A stretch of DNA of 64,000 nucleotides, from positions 21,762,001 through 21,826,000 of the forward strand of contig NC_043009.1 in the NCBI RefSeq assembly GCF_006345805.1, written 5' to 3'. A program made the position numbers and the translations under genes. The stretch comes from Octopus sinensis (Eukaryota). A model generated the notes under the pieces. The model did not search any database, was not told where the DNA came from, and saw nothing but the letters and a program-made list of their open reading frames with translations. The stretch's first letter is position 1, and each line of letters starts with the position of its first letter. Shown here in pieces: positions 50,876 to 64,000 of the stretch.

Positions 50876-52719
50876 ATATCATCATCATCATCATTGTTTA
50901 ATGTCCATCTTCCATGCATGCATGAGTAGGACAATTGATAGGAGCTGGCCAGGTAGGAAAACTACCCTAAGCTACTGTGTCTGTTTTGGCAGGAGTTTTA
51001 CAGCTGGATGCCCTCCCTAACACCAACCACGTTACAGTGTGGATTGGATGCTTTTAACATGGCACCAGCACTGGCAAGGTAACCAAGGAATTATGAGAGG
51101 GGCAGGGGAACTTGTGTCAGAAGATGAAAGGTTAGAGTGTGACAAAGAGACGGGGGGGGGCATTAGAGGAGGTAATCCAGTATCAGATGATGAAAGGTTA
51201 GTGTGTGACAGAGAAATAGCGAAGCAGAAATAGGTGTCTTGCTGTAGAGGAGATACATGGTTACCCACTGAGAGAGAGAGGTACAAGAAAGAGGCCAGAA
51301 ACAAGTGTGCTGGTGTAAAGGAGATACTTGGTTACCTAGTCAGAAGGTGAGAGAAATAGTGACCAAAGGGAAATAGAGAGAGTAGGAAACAGCTAAAGTG
51401 TAAGAGAGAGCAGAAGAGAGTTGGTGTAATGCTTCTTTCTGTTTCTATCTACCAAGTAAGATCTTTGGTCAGCCCAAGGCTGTTCTAGATGACACTTACC
51501 CAAAGTGTCACACAGTGGGACTGAACCTGGAACGATGTAGTTGGGAAGCAAACTTCTTACCCTGCAGCCATGCCTGCATCTATATTAACTTATTTATTTC
51601 AACAGGTGGAAGGTTCTTTTAAGTAACAAGCAATCACAAAGAAAATAGAAAGTAAAAAAAAAAAACAAAGCATTTTTCTTTATAGCCGAAATACATTAAA
51701 TTGATTTTAATTCGAGTAGCTTAAATCAAACAAGTTGATGAAATTAGCTTTTAGAATTATTCTTGTGTTGATCTTTAACAAGTGGTAAAAATGTTTTAAA
51801 ACTTGTTTTAAAAATAGCCAGGCTATGGGTTAGTTTATTTTTACTGTTGTTTCCTCTTTAAAGTGTTTCTACTTAAGTTTTATTATCTTGTTAGGTTGCA
51901 CGCAAGATAATGCTATTGGCAATCACCATAACACTGCTTCAAAGTAACAAAAGTGAGGCAATTAAACAGAATGGAGGGGCGAACTGGCCTATTATTAAAG
52001 AAACGAGTGGGAAATACCTATGGTTAATTATTCTTATGATGGTCTTTACTTAACAAAAAAACATTAATTTACTATTTTGTTATTTCGTTTGTGGTTTTTT
52101 TTTGTGGGTGGTGGTGGTGGATGTTTTTTATTATTTTATTTTAGTTTATTTTATTAACTTTCATTGTCATTCTGCCAAATACTATTATCTTGTTTTTCCA
52201 AAATCTACCTGGAAATTAGCCAGCTGTAGCAGTATTTAAAAAAAGAAAGAAAAGAAAAAAAAAACAACGAATAACGTATTGTGTAAAGAATATTATTAAA
52301 ATAAAGAATATTCCTGACTATTCTGAAGCGACCCAGTTATAATGGAATGGTTAACAGATCATACAGGCATCAATACTTTATATTACAGTACAGTTTTAGT
52401 TAAACAGTCAGATGAAAGGTTTTCTATCTAAAAGAAATTCTTTGTCATCATCACCAATGTCCATTGTTCGATGGGTGCATGGGTTGGACAGAGTTTATCA
52501 AGGCAGATTTTTCTATGGTCAAATACCTTTCCTGTTGCCATCCTTTGTCTGTTTCCAAACAAGTTATTTCTCCATGGCTAGACATGGTCTCACAGAATAT
52601 TTGGAAACGAATTACAATGATACTCATTTACGACTATCACATGATGTCAGAACAAAGAGGCACAAACATATGCGCTCACTCACATGTATACCTATACACA
52701 CACATGCACACATACACAT

Positions 52720-53473
52720 TCTTTTATTCTTTTACTTGTTTCAGTCATTTGACTGTAGCCATAATGGAGCACTACCTTCACTCAAGTAAATCGACCCCTG
52801 GACTTATTCTTGGTAAACCTAGTACTTATTCTATTGAACTCTTTTGCCAAACTGCTAGGTTACGGGGACTTAAAAGCACCAGCATCGGTTGTCAAGCAAT
52901 GTTGGGGGTGGGTGGACAAACACACACACACACAAACATACACACACAGGCTTCTTTCAGTTTCTGTCTACTAAATCCACTCACATGGCTTTGGTCGGGC
53001 CAATGCTATAGTAGAAGACTCTTGCCCAAGGTGCCACGCAGTGGACCTGACCTGGAACCATGTGATTGGTAAGCAAGTTACCACACAGTCACTCTTGCGC
53101 ATATGTGTATATTATTATTATCAATCTTTTATTCTTTTATTTGCTTCAGTCATTGGATTGTGGCCATGCTGGGGCACTGCCTTGAAGGTCTTTTAGTCAA
53201 AGAAATTGCCCCCCAGGACTTATTCTTTGTATGCCGAACCATTATGTTATAGGGATGTAAATGCACCAACATCAGTTGTCAAGCGATGGCAGGGGCACAC
53301 ACACATATATATAATGGGCTTCTTTCAGTTTCCATCTACCAAATTGACTCACAAAGCTTTGGCCGGCCCAAAGCTAGGCTATAACAGAAGACACTTACCC
53401 AAAGTGCCACACAGTGGGACTGAACCCGGAACCATGTGGTTGGGAAGCAAGCTTCTTACCACACAGTCTCACC

Positions 53474-53519
<46 letters not shown>

Positions 53520-53997
53520 CGTGTGGGGTAAGGTTCCAGCTTCATCTTGTACAAATGTCTTCTGCTATAGCCTCAGGCCAACCAAAGCCTTGTGAATGGA
53601 TTTGGCGGAGGGGAACTGAAAACTTGTGTGTGTATCTTTTTGTATGTGTCTGTTCCGCACCACCACTTCATAGCTAGTGTTGGTATGTTCCTGCCCCTGT
53701 AAGTAAGCAGTTCAGCAAAAGAGGCAGAATGAATACCAGGCTTTACAAAATAAGTAATGGAGTTAATTCGTTGGACTAAAATTCTTCAAGGCAGTGCCCC
53801 AGCATGGCCACTGTCCAATGACTGAAGCAAAAAAAGACATATGTTATAAAAAGACATGCAAAACAAGCATCTTTCAGTTTCCATCTACAGAATCAGCATG
53901 GGACTATAGTAGAAGACACCTATCCAAGCTACCATGCAGTTGGACTGAACCCAGAGCCATGTGTTTGGGAAGCAAACTTCTTAACCACACAGCCTAG
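52720..53997. mobile_element. Cluster of four SINE family 1 copies (52720-53100 -, 53126-53477 -, 53527-53837 +, 53866-53997 -)
   Basis: Consensus segments recognisable in each copy. Confidence 0.8.
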
Positions 53998-54336
53998 CCT
54001 GGAGCACAACCTTGAAAGGTTTAGTTGCTCAAATGAATCTCAGTATTTATTTTTTGCTGACTTCTAAGTTGCTGAGATGTGAACAAACACCAAGAAACAG
54101 GTGGTAAGACAGTTGTGTGCGTGTGTGTGTGTGTGAGTGAGACTATGACATGTATAGGCTTCTGCACAGTTTCTGTCTACCAAATTCACTCCTAAGGCGT
54201 TGGTCACTATTGCTTATCTTTAATAATAAATATGAAATTCTGTCTGTCCATCCATCTGGGACCCCTGTATCTCAGTCAACATTTGCCCTACATAGACATA
54301 TTATACCTTTTTGGATTCAGGATAATCCTAGGATTG

Positions 54337-54648
54337 AAAATCTGTCTTTCATTTGGTTCTTGAACATCCAGCATTGGGATCAGGTCTGGATGAGGATTTG
54401 TTATATGCTAACAGTTGAAAATTCAATTTTTAAAAAAACTCCAAAAATTTGTGACCTTAAAAGTTTTTCATTTAAACTAATTTAAAGTAATACCATATTG
54501 GTAGGGCAATACCATATTGACAGGCTACCAATAAATGCTTCATTATTATTGCTCTCTTTAGTTTGGGGCCACAGGCCCAATTAGCCCTCCACAGGAGCTA
54601 GCTTAAAAGTCCACACAGAGTGCAGCTTTTAAGCTATTTGTGTATAAA
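54337..54648. repeat. ~310-bp segment duplicated at 56053-56370
   Basis: Collinear match, roughly 80% by eye, including an identical gaacatccagcattgggatcaggtctggatgaggatttg block. Confidence 0.85.
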
Positions 54649-55039
54649 TTGATTTGTAAATTAAGCTAATCTTATTCAAAGAATACATGTTATTTCTAAC
54701 CGTTGCTGAATATCGATGAATGATCAGCACGGACATTGAAGAGCTACCATAGAAACAAAAAGCAGAAAGAAAAACCCCCCACCAAAAAAACCCAACAAAG
54801 ACGCAATTCTTTAGAAACTGTACAATGCTCGCCTTTAATACTTAAGTATTTTGTCAGCATTTTTATTTTTTGTTTTTCATGTCAGCATAAGTTAGTTTAT
54901 AGAATTGTTTCTGGCCTTGGCTGCTCTGTTTATTCTTTGTTAATTGTTTGTATGGTATTCTGATTTTCCCTTCTGCTATCTCCAGATTACTTGAGGAGAC
55001 AACTGGCGAGTCCTCTATATATTGTTGCTTGATCTGCTC

Positions 55040-55470
55040 GAAATAGAAGCCAAATTTCTCTCAGATCACACTGTATTAGAAAATAAAACGATAATACAGT
55101 CTTGGACATAAAAAAAAAAAAAAAAAATGATGGCCAAGGCCAGAAGATATCTCTTTGGTCATACATCTGCTCAATTAGATTGCTTTTGACCATAAACAAG
55201 ATGCCAAATCTATATGCTTTGTCAATGTGCTAGAAATAACAGCCAAATCTCAGATCATACCTTACTGTCTTAGAAAATAAAATGTATTAGATAATGTAGT
55301 CCTGGGCTTACCAAAAAGGCCTGATAACCAAGGTCATAAAACAACAAGGCCCTAAGGTTCCTCTACACTTGGTTTATCTTTTAGAAATAGCAGCCAAATC
55401 TCCCTCAAATTGCATCCTACTGTCTCAGAAGGGGAAAACATAATGTTAGACAATGTAGTCTTAGATACAT
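55040..55470. repeat. Three copies of the ctagaaatagcagccaaatct repeat module
   Basis: The module also occurs near 36255, 56970 and 61415. Confidence 0.55.
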
Positions 55471-55974
55471 TGTGCTTTTGATGAGGCAGTAAGAGTAGGT
55501 TGTATGGTCATGGTTGGAATGCCATGGTTAATGATGACTAATCAGAGTGAAACAACAACAGCTGCTTTGTAAGTTCATAGGTGGCAACTTGGCCAAGTCA
55601 TTAAAGTGTTGGATTGAATGTTTTGTGCAGTCTGTTCCAACTCTGTTATCTGAGTTCAAACCTTACTGAGGTCAGCTTTATCTTTTATTTTTACTCTTTC
55701 TGGGGTCAATAAAGAAGTACCAATCATGAGCAGTGATCTGGCAGAAGTGTTAGGTCTTGCAGTGTCTGTTTTAGTTCTTTGTGTTCTGACACCAACACCG
55801 GCTTCAAACTGTATCAGTCCATTTCAGTGGCCTTTCCCTTGGATAAACATTGATGACCATGGAGGAGAGGAACCTTGCATGAATGGGCCACTGCTAGTGT
55901 TCCTAAAAAAAAAAAGGGGGGAAGGAAAACATGCTCAGGCTTGTGCATACTTACATACTTTTGACAACAATTCT

Positions 55975-56612
55975 TATAGGTGCAGGACCTTGCTTTCCAA
56001 CCACTTCGTTCCAGGTTCAGTCCCACTGCATTGTGCCTTGGGCAAGTGTCTTAAAATCTGCCCTTCATTTGGTTTTTGAACATCCAGCATTGGGATCAGG
56101 TCTGGATGAGGATTTGTTTGTTATATGCAAACAGTTGAAATTGCAAATTTTAAAAAATAAAACTCCAAAAATTTGTGAATCTACAAACTTTTCATTTAAA
56201 CTGAATTAAAGTAATACCATATTGGTAGGGCAATAATATTAGTAGTATACCAATAAACGCTTTATTATTACTGTTGTCTTCAATTTTGGGCCACAGGCCC
56301 AATAAGCCCTCTACAGGAGCTAGCTTGAAAGTCCTCACAAAGTGCAGCTTTTAAGCTAGTTGTGTATAAAGAAGCTCGTCGTATATATATATATAGATAT
56401 GTGTGTGTTTGTCCACCCACCACCATCACCATCCTGATGTTGGTGTTTACATCCCCATAATGTAGCACTCAGGCATAAGAGACTGATGGAATAAGTATTA
56501 AGCTTACAAAGAATAAGTCCTGGGGTCGATTTATTTAACTAAAAAACCATTTTAAGGCAGTGCTCCAGCATAGCTGCAGTGAAATGACTGAAACAAATGA
56601 AAGATTAAAAGA
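55975..56612 (+). mobile_element. Chimeric SINE family 1 copy whose middle is replaced by the duplicated segment (56053-56370)
   Basis: SINE head to ggcaagtgtctt, then the insert, then the SINE resumes at gaagctcgtcgtata and ends with the normal tail. Confidence 0.75.
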
Positions 56613-57117
56613 AAAATGTAGTCAACATTGACCAATTGTATGTAGGCCCCTGCCCTACATTGTATGTTCCATGTCAGTTAGCAGATATCTGGGTTGATTT
56701 TTCTGTTGGCACTTAATGAGTTAGAAATATTACATATGTATATGATATGCATCTTCTTGTTTAGTCTTCAGTTTAAAATTCAAACTTCTAATCCTGCCAA
56801 GATTTATCCCTTTACAGTAGCTGACCACCAGGGCACACCACATGTTTCCTGTTTTTCCTTCAGTCACAGCACTCTTTGCAATCAATGTCAGTGAGACAGA
56901 AGGAAAGGCATGCGTGTCTTGGAGAAGATGCCTAAAATTTCACCAGTTGTCTGTACCTGGTTGCCAAACTTGCTAGAAACAGCTATCAAATATCCCCCAG
57001 ATCACATTTTCTCATCTTAGAAATGAGAGACATTTTGGATATAATGCAATCTTGTTGTATGTACTGTACCTAGGAAAATGGGAAATTGTTGGAATGCTTT
57101 TAAACATAAGTCTAGAC

Positions 57118-57621
57118 CAGGGGTTGGGAAACTCCCGCAAGCCTGTTTCATCCTGCCCATAGGCTGATATACTCATAAGTACAAAATATAGTAAATTTTT
57201 CAATTATAAAATTTATACAATATTCGTATGTCTGTTTACGACATAGGTCATGTTTCCACTATGACTTAAAATGGTCAAACGGAAATCGTCTGGTAATTGC
57301 CATTTGAATGGAAATTTTGTTTTCATTATAAAACACATGTTGCTATGTTAGTACCACTCCCCTTGAGACCCAACTACACTCTAGCAGAAAAATATAGAAT
57401 CTCTCATAAGTAATATAAACATCCTAAATTCAGTGGCAGCATGAATGAAGATGTTACGCATTAATTTAATGTGTTAAGTTTATCTATATTAATGTATATT
57501 GAATTATACATAGATATATACAAAATCTACACAGATATATGAGTTAGAACCTGTGATCCGCCTGCGAACCCTTTCCTTAGGAAATTTTTGCCTGCCACGC
57601 TAAAAAGTTACCCCACCCCTG
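57118..57621. mobile_element. hAT (Charlie/Buster-like) MITE
   Basis: TIRs caggggttggg / cccacccctg; 8-bp TSD-like flanks gtctagac and gcctaaac. Confidence 0.7.
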
Positions 57622-60464
57622 GCCTAAACAGTCAGGATTGACCTTAGACTAAACATCAAAATATTGATTCAACCTTCAAAAAAATTTTTTAACTTTTGAG
57701 CATTAAAAACCAGCCAAATCTGGTCACCATGAAGACAGTGTTTTTAACATAAATTGGCCATATTTAATTCTATTGACACATTATTTTAGGTAGTCGCAAA
57801 ATCTTTATTAGATTATTTCACAGATGAGAGTAGTAGGGTTTGTTTTAATTTCACATGTTGCTATATCATAACAAGCTTCCCAACCACATTGTGTGGCACC
57901 TTTGGTTGGCCAAAACCTTGTGAGTGGATTTGGTAGGTGGAAACTGAAAGAAGCCCATTGTGTGTGTCTCTGTGTTTCACAAAACACACACAGACACTCA
58001 CAAATTGTAAAAGCGTTGGTAGAAGATCAAACAAGATAGCTTGAAGTATTTGGCGGCATCCTTTTACATTCCTTCTTTTGCAGTCAGTAAGTATTAGACA
58101 AAGGGCTGATATAACAGACAAAATCCTCAAAAGATTGCAGCACTCCAGGGATTGAAACTTCTAAAAGGATATCCATGTGGAGATAAATCTTGTCTAGACA
58201 TGTGCAAATCTGGGCAAGATTTTTTTAAATTGTTTTTTTTTTTCATTTTTAGATACCATGCAAGCAAGTCTCCCCTCTGATATACAGCCTAGCAAAAGTG
58301 TTACTATCAGAACACATAAGAGCTGAAATGGATATTGCAAGGCATCTTGCTTGACATTCTAAACAAACCTGGTCTAAAATTACTTTTTCTAATGCTTTAG
58401 AACTCTGGCCTCTATTTAGCTTCACTGCAAAACTGGCCTTTTTTCTCATAATTTGGAACTCTGGATTCTGCCACCTCCAGCAGCTGGCTTCACTACCATC
58501 ACTGACTAATCTACAAAACTGGCCTATTTTAAATGTTTTTTTGTTGTTATCTGTCCAGTTAGTCCATTGACGTGAGTGGCTGCATTCTTTGTTGTCAGAT
58601 GGACATAATGCATTGCTGGAGTTGGTTTACTGTCAGTGTGCATGAAATAAAACACAGCGCCCTTTGTCTACTTATCAGTTACACTAGTTATACTAACTAG
58701 ACATTATTGCTTCCTTGGCACTCTTTTTTTTCTATTAACTGAGCAAGGTCACTTTGCTAATAATGCTGTCAGGACTTCTGTTGCTGCAAGCCTGCAAGCA
58801 ATAATGGAGAAATACTGCAGTCTTATCAGTTCACATATCTTCTTTTCAAATTATTATTATTATTATTATTTTCACCTTGTTTTGGAACATGTAGTTTTGT
58901 TTTCATTTCGTGTGTGCGTGTGCTTGCATTGAATAACATATTTGATGGTTTATTTTTAAAACTGTAAGAATCGCATGACAATCTCTTTCATTTTGCTGCA
59001 AAATCTAAATAGGACAAAGTTCTTTATCATCCTCATCATCACCATCATCAGCAACTATATTTAAACTGCACCAACATGGGAAAAATGGATATGTTTGGTG
59101 AGTCATCATCCTATCATCCATTTTACCAAACTGGAGTGGTCTGTGGTTAAAATAACTTTGCAACACACACACAACAGGAGTTAAGTCTGCCTTCATTTGA
59201 CATTGTTTATCATGTATGTATAAATTCCAATTTTGTCAGGATTGTTCATATTGCTTAAGTCTTTCTTGAGCTACCATTAACTCACAAAACTTCTTGCCTC
59301 AGCATGTACTATCTATTTGTCTTATTTACACACACACAGAAAGAGAGAGAGAGGTGTATTAGTCTAGTTATCTCTTTATCTCTTCTGTATTATGTATATA
59401 CATTAGTTACTCTTGTTGATGTTCACTTTGTCTAAAAATGCACTCAAGCACTCTCTTTCTCAATGACAATATTACTTTTGAAGTCTCCTATTAACTTGTG
59501 AAATGACTGGATGAGGGGTTTTGTGTGTGTGTATGGTATTTTATTGTCCTTGCTAATGAATTATCAGCCATTTATAAAACATTTTTTCTTCTCCCCATTC
59601 TTATGGTTTTAATCTTGTAAAAATAAGTTGATTGTCAGAAAATATAAAAAAAAAAATTAGAAATATACAAGAAACCCATCACAAAATTTCCCTGCTGTTG
59701 AGTGATAGCAATAGAAAGTTTTTTGGGTCAAATATACTCTTAGAAGCAGTCTTTCTGATTTGTGTGGGTGTATAGAAATCTTTTAAGCTTTTTCTGCTTT
59801 TTTTTTATCATTTTTCTTTTGTGAGCGCTGTCTTAATGATCATTGATGTTAGTTTATCATTGCATTCATTGTATATTGTTTTCCTTCCAAAAGTAGATTA
59901 ATCTAAAGAGAAAAAAGAAGAGGAAAAAAAATAGTCACAGATTATATCTGTTGTTGTATTCTGTAACTGGAACAGCAATTTCTGATGGTATTAAGTTTGA
60001 TTTGCCATTAGTTGAACTGTAAAATAGGTTGAACTCCCAACTCACCTAGGTGGGAGGTTAAAGGTGCTGCTTTCTATTTCAAGATCACCTGAGGACTGAA
60101 AGAAAGAAATTGTTGTGTTTATCTGTTGGATTACCACACTGTCAGATTACTTCATTTAATAATGTAAGGTTTCAGTTTGGAGAAATAAGTGCCTGCAGTG
60201 GGGAAAGTGTTATAGAGCAGGTGTTGAGCTCTTGGTTGGAAAATGGCTATATTTTAGATATTTCCAGACAATGCTAGCATGTGTAAAACATGTTAAAGCA
60301 ATAATATTGATGAAATAAAGTTGTTTTTTTTTTTTTACCTGAGAACACCCCTGGTTCTCTGATAAAAAAGATTCCATGCTTTAAAGTAAAAAGTTAAAAA
60401 CCTTCCATTAAAATTTCATAATTCTTTATTTTCCAAGCCAAGTGAAATTCTAGTTATGGCCATT

Positions 60465-60829
60465 GCTAGTGTCATGTAAATGGCACCCATGAAATCGTAA
60501 TTGTGGCCGTTGCCGGTAGCATGATCTTTGAATGTTGGGCCTCATCAAGGCAATGGCAAGTGATTGAGACCCTTTGCGATATGCTGTACATGAGAAGCTT
60601 TATCATGCCAAGTGAAATCATAGTCATGGCTGTTGCCGGTGCCATGTAAATGGCACCCATGCCAGTGGCACATAAACAGCGCCTGTTACACTCTTGGAGT
60701 GGTTGGCATTAGAAATCGCATCCAGCCATAGAAACCATGCCAAATCTAACTGGAACCTGATGCAGCTCTTCCAGCTTACCAGTTCCAGTCAAACCATCTG
60801 ACCCATGCCAGATGCTAAATGATGACGAT
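60465..60829 (+). mobile_element. RTE-tailed repeat with tandem gtgccatgtaaatggcaccc subunits
   Basis: Same 3' tail as 40831-41153. Confidence 0.7.
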
Positions 60830-60882
60830 GAATTCTTTATTTTCAAAACTAATTGAAATAAAGGTAGTATATTCCAAGAGTA

Positions 60883-61100
60883 ATTCTTTTCTACTCTAGG
60901 CACAAGGCCCAAAATTTTTGGGGGAGTGGGGCCAGTCAATTAGATCGACCCCAGTATGCAACTGGTACTTAATTTATTGACCTGAAAGGATGAAAGGCAA
61001 AGTCAACCTTGGCGGAATTTGAACTCAGAACGTAAAGACAGACGAAATACCGCTAAGCATTTCACCCGGCATGCTAACGTTTCTGCCAGCTTACCACCTT
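60883..61100 (-). mobile_element. SINE family 2, full length
   Basis: Complete reverse-complement copy with gttctgagttcaaattcc B-box. Confidence 0.85.
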
Positions 61101-62049
61101 GATCCTAGTTTAATAATGAGAAAGTAATTCTACAAAAGTCTATTCTTGCAATTGATTGAAAACAAAGACAACCTTTTTCGACAGAAATATGATAACAAAA
61201 GGGTTAAATCAATTTTGGATTATTGATAAGAAGCAAAAACTGAGTCAATAAACTACTAAAGTGAGGTCTTAGCTCACTGATTATAACTTGATAGCCTACT
61301 TATCTAAGATAACTTTCTAATATTTAAACTTGACATTGTAAGCTAAGAAAGCAATTACTAATTTATTACCTATAACTGTGAGCCAATGAGGGAGCAATTA
61401 CATGATTGCTTGCTTTGCTAGAAATAGTAGCCAAATTGGCCTCATTCATAATGCTCTACTGTTTTATAAACAACAAACACTCATCATGCAATGTAGTCTC
61501 TGATATATAAATAGACAGAATGGTCACAGCTGGAATGCTTTTAACCATAGTTCTTTCCAGTGTGAGATGTTGTGAGCCATTTCAGGGTATCTTTCTTTTT
61601 CTAAGGATACAGAGGACTGCAGGTGTGTGTTGAATGTCAAGCTGTTGGCCAGTTAGTCAGTCAGTCTGACTCAGTACATTTTATATTTGAGTGATTACCA
61701 TTGAGAACGATGCTCAACTTAAAAAAAAAAAAAAGACCTGTTTCGAATGCTTTAACAAATGTCCCTTAAATAAGATGGCCAGAATTCAGACATTTGCGAT
61801 CTTATTGAACCCCAAGGAACTTGTAAAACCTTGATAAAAATAGTTCTTAGATCTTACAAATGCTTCTTTGCTCTGTAAGTTGTACAGTAACCCTCCCCCT
61901 TCCCATATTGAATTCTACGAGTTATGGTCACTAATTTCACAATTAGGACAAGGTTGTTTGGGATGTGTGTGTGTGTATCTTGTTTCAGTCATCAGACTGC
62001 AACCAAGCTGAGGCACCATCTTGAACAAATCAACCCCAGGAATTTTTTT

Positions 62050-62490
62050 TTTCTTTCCTACTCTAGTCACAAGGCCCAAAATTTTTGGGGAGGGGGCCAG
62101 TCAATTAGATCAACCCCAGTATGCAACTGGTACTTAATTTATTGATCCCGAAAGGATGAAAGGCAAAATCTACCTTGGCAGAATTTGAACTCAGAACAGA
62201 CAAAATATCGCTAAGCATTTCGCCCGGCATCCTTAAAAAAAAATGTTTCAGCCTGAAGGCTGCGGCCATGCTGGGGCACCACCGCATGCTAACATTTCTG
62301 CAAGCTCACTGCCATTTTTTTTTAAAGCCAAGTACTGTCGAACTGCTAAGTTATGGGAATGTAAACATACTAACACCAGTTGTCAAGTGGTGATGGGGAG
62401 ACAAACCACACAGACATACACACAACGGGCTTCTTTCAGTTTCCATCTGCCAAATCCACTCACAATGCTTTGATTAGCCCAAGGCTTTAG
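62050..62490 (-). mobile_element. SINE family 2 (62050-62235) followed by SINE family 1 (62262-62490)
   Basis: Consensus segments recognisable. Confidence 0.75.
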
Positions 62491-62747
62491 TAGATGATGT
62501 GCCATGTATATATGTACACATATATATAATTTCTTATATATCTCTCACATCTTTTTCTTGCTCATTCTGTGTCACAACTTTCCCTTTAGTTGCCTGGAGC
62601 TCCAGTGCTCATGCACGTGTGTGTGTAGTGGTGGGGGATGTAACTAGTGATTTTCAACAGCTGCAGAGGAATAGCGTCAGCAACCGACCAGCCTACAGAT
62701 GTGTGACAAAATATGAGAAAAAATTTTGACACCTGTAGTTGTGATAC

Positions 62748-63054
62748 CAGTGCCAGTGGCACGTAAGAGAACCATCCGTTCGTGGCTGTTGCCAGCCTCG
62801 CCTGGCCCTCATGCCGGTGGCACGTAAAAAGCACCATCCGATCATGGCTGTTTGCCAGCCTCGTCTGGCACGTAAAAAGCACCCACTACACTCATGGAGT
62901 GGTTGGCGTTAAGATGGGCATCCAGCCGTAGAAACATTGCCAGATCAGATTGGGCCTGGTGCAGCCTTCTGGCTTCCCAGACCCCAGTTGAACCGTCCAA
63001 CCCATGCTAGCATGGAAACCGGACGCTAAACGATGATGATGATGATGATGATGA
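62748..63054 (+). mobile_element. RTE-tailed repeat with 5' tandem subunits
   Basis: gtgccagtggcacgtaa units, gggcatccagccgtagaaac, ggacgctaaac(gat)n. Confidence 0.8.
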
Positions 63055-63708
63055 TTAGCATAACTAACAAAAACAAAAATAAGAGCACTTGGAGAGCACA
63101 AACCTCCTCCAAGATAACACTGACGACCTCTCAATGATTGGCCAGAGATGATTTTTAAAATGAGAATATCTGAAATAACCTCAACTGCTCTCACAAATGA
63201 GAATACTAAAAATGAACCTGACCACTCTCAAAAATAAAGTAAAAAAAACCAAAAAAAATCCAGAATCTTTGTCCAGTACAGGATCGATCCCAAAATCTAA
63301 TCAGCTCGTGGCAGTTATGAGGCCAAATATCCCTGAAAGTTTCATTGGAATCCATCCAGCGTTCTTGAGATATCTTATCCATGGACAAACAAACAACTGG
63401 AAACAATACCTCTGCTAAGGCAGAGGTAATAAATAGGTATGAATGTGTGTATGTGGCTATTATGAATACAACCCATGATAGACAATTGTTTCAGGTTTAG
63501 AATCTCAAATCAAGTCACCAAACAAGTATAACTTTGAAATATGTGCATGTGTTTTGTCTTTTTTTTTATTTGTTTTTGTTTTTTTGTTTCAGCTATTCAA
63601 TTGTAACGATATATATGTGTGTGTGCGTTTTATAAACGTATATGATACAAATTGCAGGTGATCATAAAAATAATATACATATATAGATAGATAAGTTAGG
63701 TAGATAAT

Positions 63709-64000
63709 CTTTTACTTGTTTCAGTCATTAGACTGTGGCCATGCTGGGGCACTGCTTTAGTCATTTGACTGCAGCCGTGCTGGAGCACTACCTTTAGTCA
63801 AGCAAATCAACACCAGGGCTTATTCTTTGTAAGCCTAGTACTTATTCTATTGGTCTCTTTTGCCAAACAGCTAAGTTACGGGGATGTAAACACACCAGCA
63901 TCAGTTGTCAAGTGATGTTGGGGGGACAAACACACACACGTACATATACGATGGGCTTCTTTCAGTTTCCGTCTACCAAATCCATTCACAAGGCTTTGGT
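63709..64000 (-). mobile_element. SINE family 1 with duplicated tail, runs off the window
   Basis: Two tail segments (cagtcattagactg, agtcatttgactgc) followed by the body. Confidence 0.8.

Larger units (their letters stand above)
26784..64000 (+). other. STK11: Probable STK11 intron 1 (at least 37 kb, continues past the window)
   Basis: GT donor at 26784; no acceptor followed by the expected (R)EIxLL..L.H.NV exon found by eye. Confidence 0.6.

Noticed and set aside
58249-58449. Candidate exon or ORF after a strong polypyrimidine AG at ~58252
   Set aside because: All plus frames hit stops within ~35 codons, with no LKB1 similarity; the minus ORF has no recognisable motif.

Overview
AT-rich, microsatellite-dense animal DNA. 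The SINE families and repeat landscape suggest an octopus/coleoid cephalopod (inference, no database check). The only recognisable host gene is STK11/LKB1: coding exon 1 (26203-26783, +) with a ~100-aa acidic N-terminal extension, a CpG-retaining promoter-like region upstream, and an intron running to the window end. I found no exon 2 by eye. The first 22.5 kb is a retroelement nest built on (TA)n tracts. It holds a decayed or error-rich Naiad-type Penelope-like element (PLE), a 100-N gap, a CR1-type LINE whose 3' stem-loop is shared with the main SINE family, and a near-full-length Neptune-type PLE with 1.1-kb direct repeats and a ~3-kb microsatellite-laden 3' UTR. Head-to-head with that PLE is a non-autonomous sister element lacking RT and endonuclease but bracketed by two hammerhead ribozymes. 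Eight hammerhead (HHR) motifs can be folded by hand, each ~70-130 nt upstream of an end that abuts (TA)n. The STK11 intron is filled with SINEs, piggyBac/hAT/mariner-like MITEs and a same-orientation Helitron cluster, one copy carrying a PIF1 helicase fragment. Most long ORFs in the track are microsatellite translations. Coordinates of repeat copies are approximate, and 2.5-8.1 kb looks like low-accuracy sequence.
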